DNA from: Bacteroidota bacterium
GTDB lineage: Bacteria; Bacteroidota; Bacteroidia; Bacteroidales; F082
Direction of reading: 5' to 3'
Length of the DNA stretch: 32,000 bases
Assembly (NCBI GenBank): GCA_013203805.1
Contig: JABMPH010000377.1
Span: 116-32,115, forward strand
The notes under the pieces were generated by a model. It saw nothing but the letters and a program-made list of their open reading frames with translations, ran no database searches and was not told the origin of the DNA. Both the position numbers and the translations under genes were made by a program. This document shows positions 9,901-21,000 of the stretch, piece by piece (the first letter of the stretch is position 1; every line of letters starts with the position of its first letter).

Positions 9901-9963
9901 TATACTGGTGGCTTGGTTTGCGGTAATTTGAATTGATAAATATTCAGAATTCATATTATTCAT
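6925..9963 (-). CDS. Tri-domain fusion: APH/hydroxylysine-kinase-like kinase + M23 metallopeptidase-like domain + class-III PLP enzyme (aminotransferase / phospho-lyase-like)
   Basis: 1012-aa ORF. Kinase (aa ~20-330): [11 protein letters not shown], Brenner motif HNDVNDNN (H206..N213), IIDYGD. M23 (aa ~440-540): HLGID (HxxxD), YGHQ, SHLHF (HxH). Class III (aa ~585-1012): [39 protein letters not shown] (PLP Lys853). Confidence 0.85.
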   Translation of the reverse strand: MNNMNSEYLSIQITANQATSIASHWYNLEGDITPLPGEFDFNFKITTSVDCYLLKVSRPGADIEYIEYQNSILVHLHTSRLVSNSPCVIPNMHGDLTSTIIDENGQTRIVRLLSWVPGRLWSTINPINEELLKSLGEHAGLITSALSDFDHQVAHRDFEWDIAQASWTSKYIHLFSNNQKQIIEYFLDRFDNKAQQYSKLRKSVVHNDVNDNNIIVSEDLTVTKVVSIIDYGDAIHTRTINDLAITIAYAVMTKEDVLDASLPIVAGYHSSFPITENELELLYTLVAMRLIISVTKSAINKQKEPENDYLLISENPAWDVLNKWINIDANFATCSFRNACGYTPHPNYKHFIDWAKKQSFSLLDLFPTVGRNEVLLVDMSVESTWLGHETEYNDSDIMAFKLSQLQSKNPDAIIAGGYLEPRPLYVTDAFKTESNNGSVFRSVHLGIDFWLPAHTPVHALFDGEVEIAVVSTGDKDYGGLIILKHNIDKFSFYTLYGHQSVDSVMDLRKGDIIKRGQKISELGVPEENGNWESHLHFQVMLDMLGNEHDFPGVTYPHKIDVWKSICPDPNILFTNKNLIVNETIEDSKLINYRNRHLGKSLSLPYSKPLRIVRGSGVYLMDNMGRKYLDTVNNVAHVGHEHPRVVEAGRNQMSILNTNTRYLHNNINDFAEELLSTFPDELSVVHFVNSGSEANELALRMAKAVTGQKDIIAVEVGYHGNTSGCIDISSYKFDGKGGNGAPEHTHIVPLPDSFRGMYQGKNTGPKYASHIQDQLDNIHSKDRNIAAFICESIISCGGQIELPEGYLAKAYKLVRQSGGVCIADEVQVGCGRVGSKFWGFQLHNVIPDIVTIGKPIGNGHPLAAVVCTQVVAEAFANGMEYFNTFGGNPVSCAIGLELLRVIKDEDLQKNALEVGGFLKKELYNLQNEFSIIGDVRGQGLFLGFELVDQNKNPFTDKTAYLANRMKDLGILMSVDGKDSNVIKIKPPIIFSLDNAIELIFRLRSVFKEDFMKQ

Positions 9964-10354
9964 TAATTAGAAGTAATAGATAATGTGCTGCCGACCAGCT
10001 AAAATTCTCCGATTCAAGTCCCTGGCCTGTAACTGGGTTATAATTTTCACGAATTGAAGAGCCTGAGTCAAGCAGACCTTGGGCATTGTGAAACAACTTA
10101 TATGTAATATCATCCGCATCATTATCATAGCCATAGTTTCTTAAGCCAACAATACCGAAATAGGCTTGGTCTATCCATGTAGGTCCACGCCAATAGCCAC
10201 CGTCAGGTTTGAATTTCGGATGATCAGCACTCAATGTTTGCAATGGCACCAACGTATTGAACAAAGTTGTATCTATCATATTTTTTTTAATTGCAAAAGC
10301 CTGCTCCTCAGTTGCAATATTAGCCCACAATGGAATCCATCCTTCGCATCCCAT
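9956..10354 (-). pseudogene. GH63 (YgjK/MGH1-like glucosidase), C-terminal fragment of a disrupted gene
   Basis: EGWIPLWANIA...YWRGPTWIDQAYFG...IRENYNPVTGQGLESENFSWSAAHYLLL aligns with the C-terminus of E. coli YgjK as I recall it (EGWSPLFNGAA..YWRGRVWVDQFWFG..IQENYNPLTG..NFSWSAAHLYML). Its frame differs from that of the upstream fragment. Confidence 0.8.
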
Positions 10355-10359
10355 TTCTT

Positions 10360-11664
10360 CTACGAAAGTGCTACCATCAATTGATGTTGTTTGATTAACA
10401 ATGGATACATCTCCTTTAAAAACATAGTATCATCGTCTTGCTCATATACTTTCCAGACCGCCCACGCCGAAAGTGGTGGTTTCGTGTTTCTATAATTATG
10501 ATTCTCGATGGTTGTATCTCGATAAATACAATCTGCAATAAATCCATCATCGTCGACAAAGTCATACATTGCTCTGATTTGGTCTTTTGCCAATTGTGAA
10601 TCATACTGAACAAGAGCAACTGCATGTTTCCAACTATCCCAGGCCCACATTCCATGGAACCACTCGTAATGATAACTTGGGAACAAGCCACTATGTTTTA
10701 GTTCACCGGCAGGAATTCGCCAATTATTTTGTAGTGTTAATGTGGTCTTTGCCATTAGATTCCTATATGCAGTATCATCCCAGGCAGTATCCATTTTTGA
10801 GTACAGAGTTTTCAGTTGATACTCTTTTTCCCAAATCCTCTCCTGTAAATACTTAGTAGGATTTATTGTCATTGAATCAATTGCATATTGCTCATTTTGA
10901 ATGTTGTATTCAGGAAAAACAAAACTATGCGACAATATCAATTGCTTCGTTTTTCCTGAATCAAGTGTGAATTCCATCAACTCCAAAACATAAGAAGAAT
11001 CAGTAGTTTCAGTAGCAACTATTTCATCACCATAGGATTGAATTTTACCAATTGCCTTACTCAAATCAGAATCAATAATTATGAGATTATTTTGTTTACT
11101 AATATTAAGATTTTTGGAAATCAAACCACCAATCCAACTTGGTGAAAGTGAAATTGTATGATCCGACAAATTCACAACCTCCGTAATAATTATTGCAGTA
11201 TGCGCTGAACCAAAATAAAGAGTTTGTGTAATTCGTAATTGATCATTCTTAAAAACCTGCTTAAGATGACTGTTGTACCCTTCGTATGTTATGGTAAACT
11301 CATTCCAATCAATTTGTTTTTCAATATTATTATTAAAAAGAATTAACTGGCTTAGAACCTTGCTACACCAATGACCATTTTCCTGAGTCATAAGGAAGGG
11401 GCCTGCAAACCCTCCATAATTATGAGAATCCTGGGGAAATCCATATGCAAACCAAGCTCCCTGATCAGAAAATGCCAGATAATTTCTATCATAGGGATTT
11501 TGGGGATTTGCATTATAATCAAGAATATTTGGAATTTGATTGGTTATTATTTGTAAACTTTGTCTTTTCTGACAATTGCAGCTTAACAGAAACGACACCA
11601 ATGCGAAAGTGGAGATAGCTAAAACTTGTCGTAACATATGAACATACATCTGATTTACTGACAT
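10360..11664 (-). pseudogene. GH63 (YgjK/MGH1-like glucosidase), N-terminal fragment of a disrupted gene
   Basis: Lipoprotein-like signal (FLLSC). FSDQGAWFAYGF, WDSWKHAVALVQYD, NTKPPLSAWAVWKVYE and MYPLLIKQHQ match the YgjK N-domain and the start of the (alpha/alpha)6 barrel. The ORF stops at ~10360-10383, where YgjK continues with ..YHDWW... Alternative ATG at 11637. Confidence 0.8.
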
Positions 11665-11701
11665 TTGTAGTTATTATTTGAAGTTCAGAAACTCTTTTGG
11701 G

Positions 11702-11709
11702 CAAATATA
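11702..11709 (-). promoter_or_regulatory. TAnnTTTG -7 box (TATATTTG) upstream of the disrupted GH63 gene
   Basis: Plus-strand caaatata, in the 56-nt spacer between the rhaD stop and the GH63 start. Confidence 0.35.
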
Positions 11710-11720
11710 CATAGAGTAGT

Positions 11721-12545
11721 TTACTTCTTTTGTAAAGTATAATTTTTCTTTAATTCGATTAGTTGCTCATTCGTTAAACCTTCAGGTTCGAATCCAGCCT
11801 GTTTGCACATAAACCAAATTTTGGCCGATTTACTAACTATATCAATACTGTTAAATGTGTCGATCACGTTTTCTCCGATGGCAAATACGCCATGTTTTTC
11901 CCAAAGAACCACATCATGATCTTTGAACTCTTTTAATGTCTTTGATGCAATATCAACTGAACCAGGAATTGTATAGGGAACAAATCCAATACCTTTTGGG
12001 ATAAACATCAGTACCTCAGGATGCATACCCCAAATAATATTATTTATCAACTGTTTTGATTTAATATCCTGACAATGAGTTAGGGCAATTAGTTCAGTGG
12101 CATGGGTATGTATAATAACTTTTTCCTTACTACCCCTATGTGCAATTTTGTTGTGAATGGAGAGATGAGTTGCCAACTCAGAGGTAGGCTTAAGCTCAGG
12201 TACATCCTTTTTATTCAATGTAAAAATATAATAGGATTCTCCATCCTCACTTATTTTAATGATGAGTAGGTTTTTTTTAGGCCACCTTGCAAGATCACAC
12301 ATTCTTCTCCCAGTGCCAGTTACTAAAAAGTATTTGTTTGCCAGATTAGGATAGGAATCGGGCAATCTAGAAATAGGGAAGTTTGTAACATCATCAAGCT
12401 CACCAACTATCAGATCGTTAATATTCACAGAAATATTACCGGCAATATGTTCGGCCCAACCTCTTTCCCAAAGATATTGAGCAACTTCCGTTACTTGTGA
12501 GGTAATATCCTTTAGTTTTTTATTCTGCTTTAATATTCCTTTCAT
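11721..12545 (-). CDS. rhaD: Rhamnulose-1-phosphate aldolase (class II aldolase/adducin family)
   Basis: From ATG 12545 the ORF is 274 aa, the same length as E. coli RhaD. GWAEHIAGNISV, FLVTGTGRRM, PTSELATHLSIH, VIIHTHATELIALT (Zn His-x-His) and LWEKHGVFAIG (third His) are colinear with RhaD. The longer track ORF (12620) overlaps the upstream gene. Confidence 0.85.
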   Translation of the reverse strand: MKGILKQNKKLKDITSQVTEVAQYLWERGWAEHIAGNISVNINDLIVGELDDVTNFPISRLPDSYPNLANKYFLVTGTGRRMCDLARWPKKNLLIIKISEDGESYYIFTLNKKDVPELKPTSELATHLSIHNKIAHRGSKEKVIIHTHATELIALTHCQDIKSKQLINNIIWGMHPEVLMFIPKGIGFVPYTIPGSVDIASKTLKEFKDHDVVLWEKHGVFAIGENVIDTFNSIDIVSKSAKIWFMCKQAGFEPEGLTNEQLIELKKNYTLQKK

Positions 12546-12597
12546 TATATATATTTTATGATTTTCTTTGTTTAGTACTATTTTAATAATCTGCTCA

Positions 12598-14214
<1,617 letters not shown>

Positions 14215-14217
14215 TTA

Positions 14218-14225
14218 TATTTTTG
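14218..14225 (+). promoter_or_regulatory. TAnnTTTG -7 box (TATTTTTG) upstream of the T9SS type A cargo gene
   Basis: Exact consensus match 45 nt upstream of ATG 14270. Confidence 0.35.
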
Positions 14226-14269
14226 ACTCTTGTAAAGTGTAAAACTAAATAATTATCAAACCATAAACC

Positions 14270-17200
14270 ATGAAACCATTTAAATCGATTTTACTAACGT
14301 TTGTCATAATATTACTATTATCAAATATAGGATATTCTCAAAATAACGTTATTTCAAATAATGACAACCCAACTCCTCAATGGGTAGACATGATGAAGGA
14401 TATTAATGTAAACTTCTATGATGTTCAAAAGACTGCTGATAGCTATTATGAGAATCACTCCAGGGGAAAAGGAAGTGGATGGAAGCAATACAAACGATGG
14501 GAACATTTTACAAAACAGCGCGTTTATCCTTCAGGTAATCGTATTAATCATACTCAGGTATGGGATGAAATTACTAGATTTAACCATGAATATCCTACTG
14601 GTAACAGAAATAGCAGAAGTGGATGGACAACACTTGGGCCAACAACCTCAGTAGATGTTACAGGTCACTGGAACCCCGGTATTGGACGTATTAATGTTAT
14701 CGCGTTAGATCCACTAGATCCTAATATTATTTATATTGGCTCACCATCAGGTGGATTATGGAAGACATTTGATGAAGGAGCAAACTGGATGCCGATGACT
14801 GATAACCAACCTATACTTGGAGTTTCGGCAATTGCTATTGATCACACAAATACTGACATTATTTATATTGGCACAGGTGATAAAGATGCAAATGATAATT
14901 ATAGTATTGGTGTTTTAAAGTCAACCGATGGTGGCACAACATGGAATACTACCGGCCTTGACTGGACAATAAATCAAAACAGAACTATTTCCAAATTATT
15001 AATAAATCCAAATGACCCATCCATACTTTTTGCAGGGACTACCGATGGCGTTTATCGTACAACTGACTCAGGTGAAAACTGGACAAAGCAATATTCCGGA
15101 AACATCGATGATATGGAATATAAACCCGGCAATCCAAATGTAATTTATGCAATTACACAAAAGTTTTTTAAGTCGTTAGATGGGGGGGATACTTTTACAG
15201 AAATTGGTGGTATGAATACTGGGAGTCGTGCTCAAATTGCCGTTAGTGAAGATAATCCAAATTATGTTTACTACTTCTCATCCAATACAGGAATTTATCG
15301 TTCAGAAGATAGCGGGGATTCCTTTACATTTAGATCATCACAACCCACCGCTGGAAATCAGGCATGGTATGACCTTGCGTTTACTGTATCTCATGATAAT
15401 GCTGAAGAAGTACATCTTGGCGAGTTTAATACATGGAAATCAACAAATGGTGCTGCATCATGGACGCAAACCACTGAATGGACATGGGGAAATCCAATAG
15501 GATACACCCATTGTGATATACATGAGATGGTTTTTTATGGTGGAGTGTTATATGTTGGTAGCGATGGTTTAATAAGTAAATCTACCAACGGTGGTTCAAC
15601 ATGGACAAATTTAACCGAAGGAATAAGTATAAGACAGTTTTACAAAATTGGAACATCTAAAAATGATCCATATAAGATTCTTGGTGGCTCACAGGATAAT
15701 GGGACAAGCGTTTACACAACCGATCATTGGCACGAATGGCTTGGTGCTGACGGAATGGAATGTGTTGTTGATTATACTAATAGCAACCTGGTTTATGGCA
15801 CTTCGCAAAATGGCATTTTCTATAAATCGAATAATGGCGGAAACAATGGTGGTATGAATATTTCACAACCAGGTGGAGGAAATTGGGTTACCCCTTTTGT
15901 TATTCATCCAACTGAGCCTAGTACTCTTTATGTAGGTTCATCAGAAGTAAGGAAAACTACAAATGGAATGAATAGCTGGACAACAATTTCAAACTTTGGA
16001 GTAGGTAATCTTGATAATCTGGCAATAGCCGAATCAAATGGAGATTATATTTATGCATCCAAAGAAGCCAAGATTTACAGAACAAATAATGGAGGCGATA
16101 GTTGGGCAAGTATTTCCAATGGTTTACCAAACCTTCAGATTTCATATATAGCTGTTCATCCAGAGGATCCGGAAACTATAGCTGTTAGCCTATCAGGATT
16201 TGATAGTGGTGAGAAAGTTTATATATCGGAAGATGCAGGCTCATCCTGGACAAATTATTCTGTAAATTTACCTAATATTCCCGCAAACTGCGTAGCATTT
16301 TCAGTTGGTAGCATTAATCCTCTTTACGTGGGAATGGATGTGGGTGTTTATTATATCGATAACGGACTTTCAGAATACACTCCATTTATGGAGAATCTCC
16401 CAAATGTAATAGTAAATGAGCTTGAAATAAACCACAGTGCTGGATTGATTAGAGCTGCAACTTATGGAAGAGGTTTATGGGAAGCTAATGTTATTATGTA
16501 TGCTCCTACTGCCGATTTTGAAGCTGAACAAACAACAATTCCCATTGGCTGTAGTAATAATTTTATGAGTTTAGCACAAGGGCCTCCAGTTACTTATGAA
16601 TGGACCTTTGAAGGTGGAACACCAGGTACTTCAAACGATGTAAACCCAACAGGAATTGTATATGATACTGAGGGAACATATAATGTACAATTAACTGTTA
16701 CAAACAGTCTTGGCACCGACATCATGCTTAAGGAAGACTATATCACAGTAAGCGCATCATTGCTTCCTGCTACTAATTTTACTACTAGTGACTCAATCGC
16801 TTGTAGCAATAATGAAGTCGCATTGTTTGATATATCCTTATATTGCCCAGATGCATGGGAATGGAGTTTTACGCCGTCAACTGTTACTTTTGTTGGTGGA
16901 ACAAATGCAAACTCACAAAACCCAGTAGTTGAATTCCACCCGGGTGTATACTCTGTTACACTTACCACAACAAATGCTGTTGGTAACAATTCACTAACTA
17001 AATCAAATTACATTCATGCAGGTGGAATGGAATTACCATTTATTGAAGATTTTGAATTTGATAACTTAAAAGATAATGGCTGGACAATAGAAAATCCTGA
17101 CGAACAAAAAACATGGGATATTACCAGTGTACAAGGATCTGATCCCGGTGATAAAGCAGCCTGGATGAATATGATTGATTATCCTCGTTTTGGACAAAGA

Positions 17201-17854
17201 GACCGCATGATTAGTCCTGTTATGAATTTTACAGGTTTAACTAATCTCCACATGCAGTTTGAGCATGCATACGCACAAAGAGCTTTCCAAAAAGATTCGT
17301 TAATTGTATATATTAGTGGGGATTGTGGGGAAAATTGGTCAAGGATATTTGCAAACGGACCCGATGGAACTGGAGTATTTGCAACAAGTCCAAATACTGA
17401 AGATCCATTTGAACCTCAATCTAGCGAAGATTGGTGCGGTGAAGGTTATGGAAGTGAGTGTACTATACTCGATTTATCGGCATGGGAAGGCTCTCCCAAT
17501 GTTAAAATTATGTTTGAATCCTATTGTCATTATGGAAACAACTTATATGTTGACAATGTATTAATCTCTAACAATGTAGGCGTAAACGAAATTTCCAATG
17601 AGAATGCTAAAATCGATATTATCCCAAATCCATCCTCCGGGATTTTCAATATCTCAGTTAAGGATTACAGTGGAGATATTGTTATTAAAGTAATAAGTCC
17701 ACAGGGACAGATTTTGATGACGAAAACTAAACGGGGAATAATAAACAATTACTCTCAATCCATTGATTTAACAAGTCAGGCACAAGGAATATATTTTGTT
17801 GAGATTAGAACAAGTGATTCGAAAGAGATTAGAAAAATCGTAATCAGAAAATAG
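14270..17854 (+). CDS. Secreted BNR/Asp-box beta-propeller (sortilin/VPS10- or GH74-like) protein with PKD domains, a MAM/choice-of-anchor-J-like module and a T9SS type A C-terminal sorting domain
   Basis: Signal peptide MKPFKSILLTFVIILLLSNIGYSQ. About 10 Asp-boxes (STDGGTTW, TTDSGENW, SLDGGDTF, SEDSGDSF, STNGGSTW, TNNGGDSW, SEDAGSSW...). Two PKD-like units (YEWTFEGGTPGTSNDVNPTGIVY..YNVQLTVTN; WEWSFTPSTVTF..YSVTLTTTN). C-terminus IIPNPSSGIFNISV...GIYFVEIRT..KIVIRK matches TIGR04183-type CTDs. Confidence 0.8.
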   Translation: MKPFKSILLTFVIILLLSNIGYSQNNVISNNDNPTPQWVDMMKDINVNFYDVQKTADSYYENHSRGKGSGWKQYKRWEHFTKQRVYPSGNRINHTQVWDEITRFNHEYPTGNRNSRSGWTTLGPTTSVDVTGHWNPGIGRINVIALDPLDPNIIYIGSPSGGLWKTFDEGANWMPMTDNQPILGVSAIAIDHTNTDIIYIGTGDKDANDNYSIGVLKSTDGGTTWNTTGLDWTINQNRTISKLLINPNDPSILFAGTTDGVYRTTDSGENWTKQYSGNIDDMEYKPGNPNVIYAITQKFFKSLDGGDTFTEIGGMNTGSRAQIAVSEDNPNYVYYFSSNTGIYRSEDSGDSFTFRSSQPTAGNQAWYDLAFTVSHDNAEEVHLGEFNTWKSTNGAASWTQTTEWTWGNPIGYTHCDIHEMVFYGGVLYVGSDGLISKSTNGGSTWTNLTEGISIRQFYKIGTSKNDPYKILGGSQDNGTSVYTTDHWHEWLGADGMECVVDYTNSNLVYGTSQNGIFYKSNNGGNNGGMNISQPGGGNWVTPFVIHPTEPSTLYVGSSEVRKTTNGMNSWTTISNFGVGNLDNLAIAESNGDYIYASKEAKIYRTNNGGDSWASISNGLPNLQISYIAVHPEDPETIAVSLSGFDSGEKVYISEDAGSSWTNYSVNLPNIPANCVAFSVGSINPLYVGMDVGVYYIDNGLSEYTPFMENLPNVIVNELEINHSAGLIRAATYGRGLWEANVIMYAPTADFEAEQTTIPIGCSNNFMSLAQGPPVTYEWTFEGGTPGTSNDVNPTGIVYDTEGTYNVQLTVTNSLGTDIMLKEDYITVSASLLPATNFTTSDSIACSNNEVALFDISLYCPDAWEWSFTPSTVTFVGGTNANSQNPVVEFHPGVYSVTLTTTNAVGNNSLTKSNYIHAGGMELPFIEDFEFDNLKDNGWTIENPDEQKTWDITSVQGSDPGDKAAWMNMIDYPRFGQRDRMISPVMNFTGLTNLHMQFEHAYAQRAFQKDSLIVYISGDCGENWSRIFANGPDGTGVFATSPNTEDPFEPQSSEDWCGEGYGSECTILDLSAWEGSPNVKIMFESYCHYGNNLYVDNVLISNNVGVNEISNENAKIDIIPNPSSGIFNISVKDYSGDIVIKVISPQGQILMTKTKRGIINNYSQSIDLTSQAQGIYFVEIRTSDSKEIRKIVIRK

Positions 17855-17895
17855 GGAGTACTAATACTTAAGTGTGCTTACATTATAATAATATA

Positions 17896-17951
17896 GCCAA
17901 AGATTCACAGATTAAAAAGGAAAATCATCCAATAATCTGTGAATCTTTGGC
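17896..17951. terminator. Bidirectional intrinsic-terminator-like hairpin: perfect 19-bp stem, 18-nt loop
   Basis: GCCAAAGATTCACAGATTA (17896-17914) is the exact reverse complement of TAATCTGTGAATCTTTGGC (17933-17951). It sits centrally between convergent stops at 17854 and 18004, with AT-rich flanks on both sides. Confidence 0.65.
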
Positions 17952-18003
17952 TCATTTAATTAAATATTTACCTGACGTTACTATCCGAACAATTTCCCTC
18001 ACT

Positions 18004-21000
18004 TCACCTAACCAACATAACAGTCCCCATTTTAATTTCTGATGAAGTAGTTGAAGGAAAGGAACTACTATATGCAATTTTGTACACATATGCTCCTGGT
18101 AAACATAACTCCCCATCAAGTTTTCCATCCCAACCCTGTGAAATGTCATTTGTTTGATATATTAATGCTCCCCAGCGGTTATAAATTAATAGAGTGAAAG
18201 GTGCTATATCTATTGTGTTTGTCACGGGTTTAAATTCATCGTTCAATCCATCACCATTGGGTGTAAAGGCATTTGGGAAATACATTTTTATAAGTTCTGG
18301 CGGTGATGAAAAAACAACATAGGATGAATCTTCTCCGATGCACCCGTCAACAGATTCAACTTTTGCCGAATACCAACCATCATTATTGATCCATAAAGTT
18401 TGCGTTGTGTCTCCGGTATTCCATAAATAATGTGAGAATCCTGTACCTGCATCAAGGTCAAATGGATCATCCATGAATATTGAGTCTTGTACTGCAAAAT
18501 CAGGGAATAGTGTTGGATATATAATTACATCAACTGATACCTCTGAATAACAATCTACAGTATCAGTTGCAATAACAGAATATGTACCTGCATGACTTGG
18601 TTGCATATTATGAATGATCAAATTCATATTACTACTTGTATCTCCATTGGGCTCAGTCCACAAATAAGTGGTACCTCCATTGCCGAACCAAACATGGGCT
18701 TCCAAATTCAGAGTCTCAGCTTGACAGATTTCAGATGAGCCGTAAACAGAGACATCTAATTCTGAGTAGATCTTGACAGTTCCTAAAAAATAATCTACAG
18801 GGATAGTAAGTCCGGTTGAGTTATGAAAGAAACCTGCTCCGGGCGACCCATCCCACTCCACAAAACTAATCCCCTGATCATTTGCCTGAAATACCAGGTC
18901 TGCAATGGTAGTGTTGTCAGGCAATGTAACAGCAGTTGAAGCCCAATAGAGCTCTACTTTTCCTTCTGCTGGGAATAACATCACTTCCAATGAATCTTCC
19001 AACTGTGGATTTGCATTGGCAAAGCCCTGACAAACAATTAAATCTTCATTATATAAAAGCGTGGTTTTGAAATTTCCTACATCATTGAAATTACTTACAA
19101 CAAGTGGAACAAAGGCTGAATTGCCCGGGCAAACCTCATCATCCCCTGCAACAGCCTGTAGTCGTATAGTAACCTCCTGGGGAACCTCCACAACAAAGGT
19201 TGTATCACATCCAATCTCATCCTTCACAACACAAGTGTAGTAACCAGCCGTAAGGTTAAAGAAACCTCCATCATTAATTTGAAAATTCAAACCATTATCA
19301 TGAGAATAATATAAAGTATCTGATCCTCCCGAAGCAGTAATAATAATTGAACCATTATTCTGACCAACAGATGATGCACCTATTTGTATATCAATTATCT
19401 CAGGCGAATTTATATTCTGAATTATTACAGGGTTATTAATATACACCGATTGACAATCGGATGAATCCTTAACACGAACAACATAGCTACCGGATGATAA
19501 GCCTGTAAAGACACCCAGATTACTACTATATGTAGCACCATTATCAATTGAATAAAACAACATGCTACCCAGGCCATTAATTGCTGATATTATAATAGAT
19601 CCATCCTGTTGATCACAATGTTCATGTGCATAATCTATTTGTTGTATAAGCAAATCACCTGCATCGAAAATGTTAAATGGCCCAATTTCAGTAGTACAAT
19701 TATTACTGTCAACTACCTGTAATGTATAATTTCCGACAATAAGGTTATATATATCGATAGAAGTTCCAATTGGGTTACCCAGATCATCAACCCATTGATA
19801 GGTTAGTGGCGGGTTTCCTGTTATATCTAAACCACGTATAACTCCTGTACTTCCCCCACATGTTGTTGGACTAACTTCCAAATTTGTAATATCAGCAATA
19901 GCAGGTTGGTGGTATCCTACATATATAGAATCTATTGTGAAACATCCTACATTGTTCGTTACCTTTACCCAATACCATCCTGAATCGGCTACTGTAATAT
20001 GGTTGCTCCCAATCTGCCCTGTACTCCATAAATAATTATGTGGACCACATTCGGCGTTTAATATAACTTCCTGACCATCACAAATTGTTGTATCTGATCC
20101 CAGATCTGGTTCTGGAGAATATATCACCTCAACTTCCCTACTTGTGTGTTCGAATCTGCCGGAAGGATACCAAACATCTACTTGTACTTCAAAAATACCA
20201 CCATCAGAAAAACTATGAGTTGGGTTTAGTTCATTAGAAACATTATTGATTCCTGATAAAAAATCATCAAAATTCCATCGGATGGAGTCTGGTACAGGAT
20301 TGAAGTTAGAGGTAAATTGAAAAAGCTCACTCTCGCAAATACCTTCAAATTCGAAACGATAAAGGTAGTCCATAAATATACTTGGCGTTTGAGCAGATGG
20401 CTCACCGGGGAACATATTCACTGCATATCTTTCATACAGACAATCTGTTCCTTTTTTCCAGGGCTCATGTATTACTCCTACGAAATATTCCGGGGATGAA
20501 CCAATGGAATCATAGTTTTCCATACAATAAATTTTTCCATCAGTTGCTAATTGTAACACCCTACCATTCTCTTCCCCAATTATAACAGAAGTTGTAATAA
20601 ATAAGGAAGGATTTTCAACGTATTGCATATCATGCTGCCTAATCGCAAATGAAAGGGGACCTGGGGGATTATAAGAAATATATGCAAATTTCGAATCAGG
20701 TGAAAATTCCACACCAAATGTAGGTTCCCCCATGTTATGCTCATATAAAAACTCAATCTCCCCAGTCTCGTTGTTAAACTTGCATATTTCTGTTATATCA
20801 GCCCATGAAGAAGTTGAAAAAAGATATTTCTTATCATACGAGACTTTCATCCAACTATAATCTGCATCTTGTTCCATTCTATCTGGTGCCGGATATAAAC
20901 TGGGTGTCTCATTAATTCCATCGGGGGTAACGAGAAACACAGCATAATTATCATCTCTATATTTACGAGTGATTACCCATATATCTCTTTTGTTTTCGTG

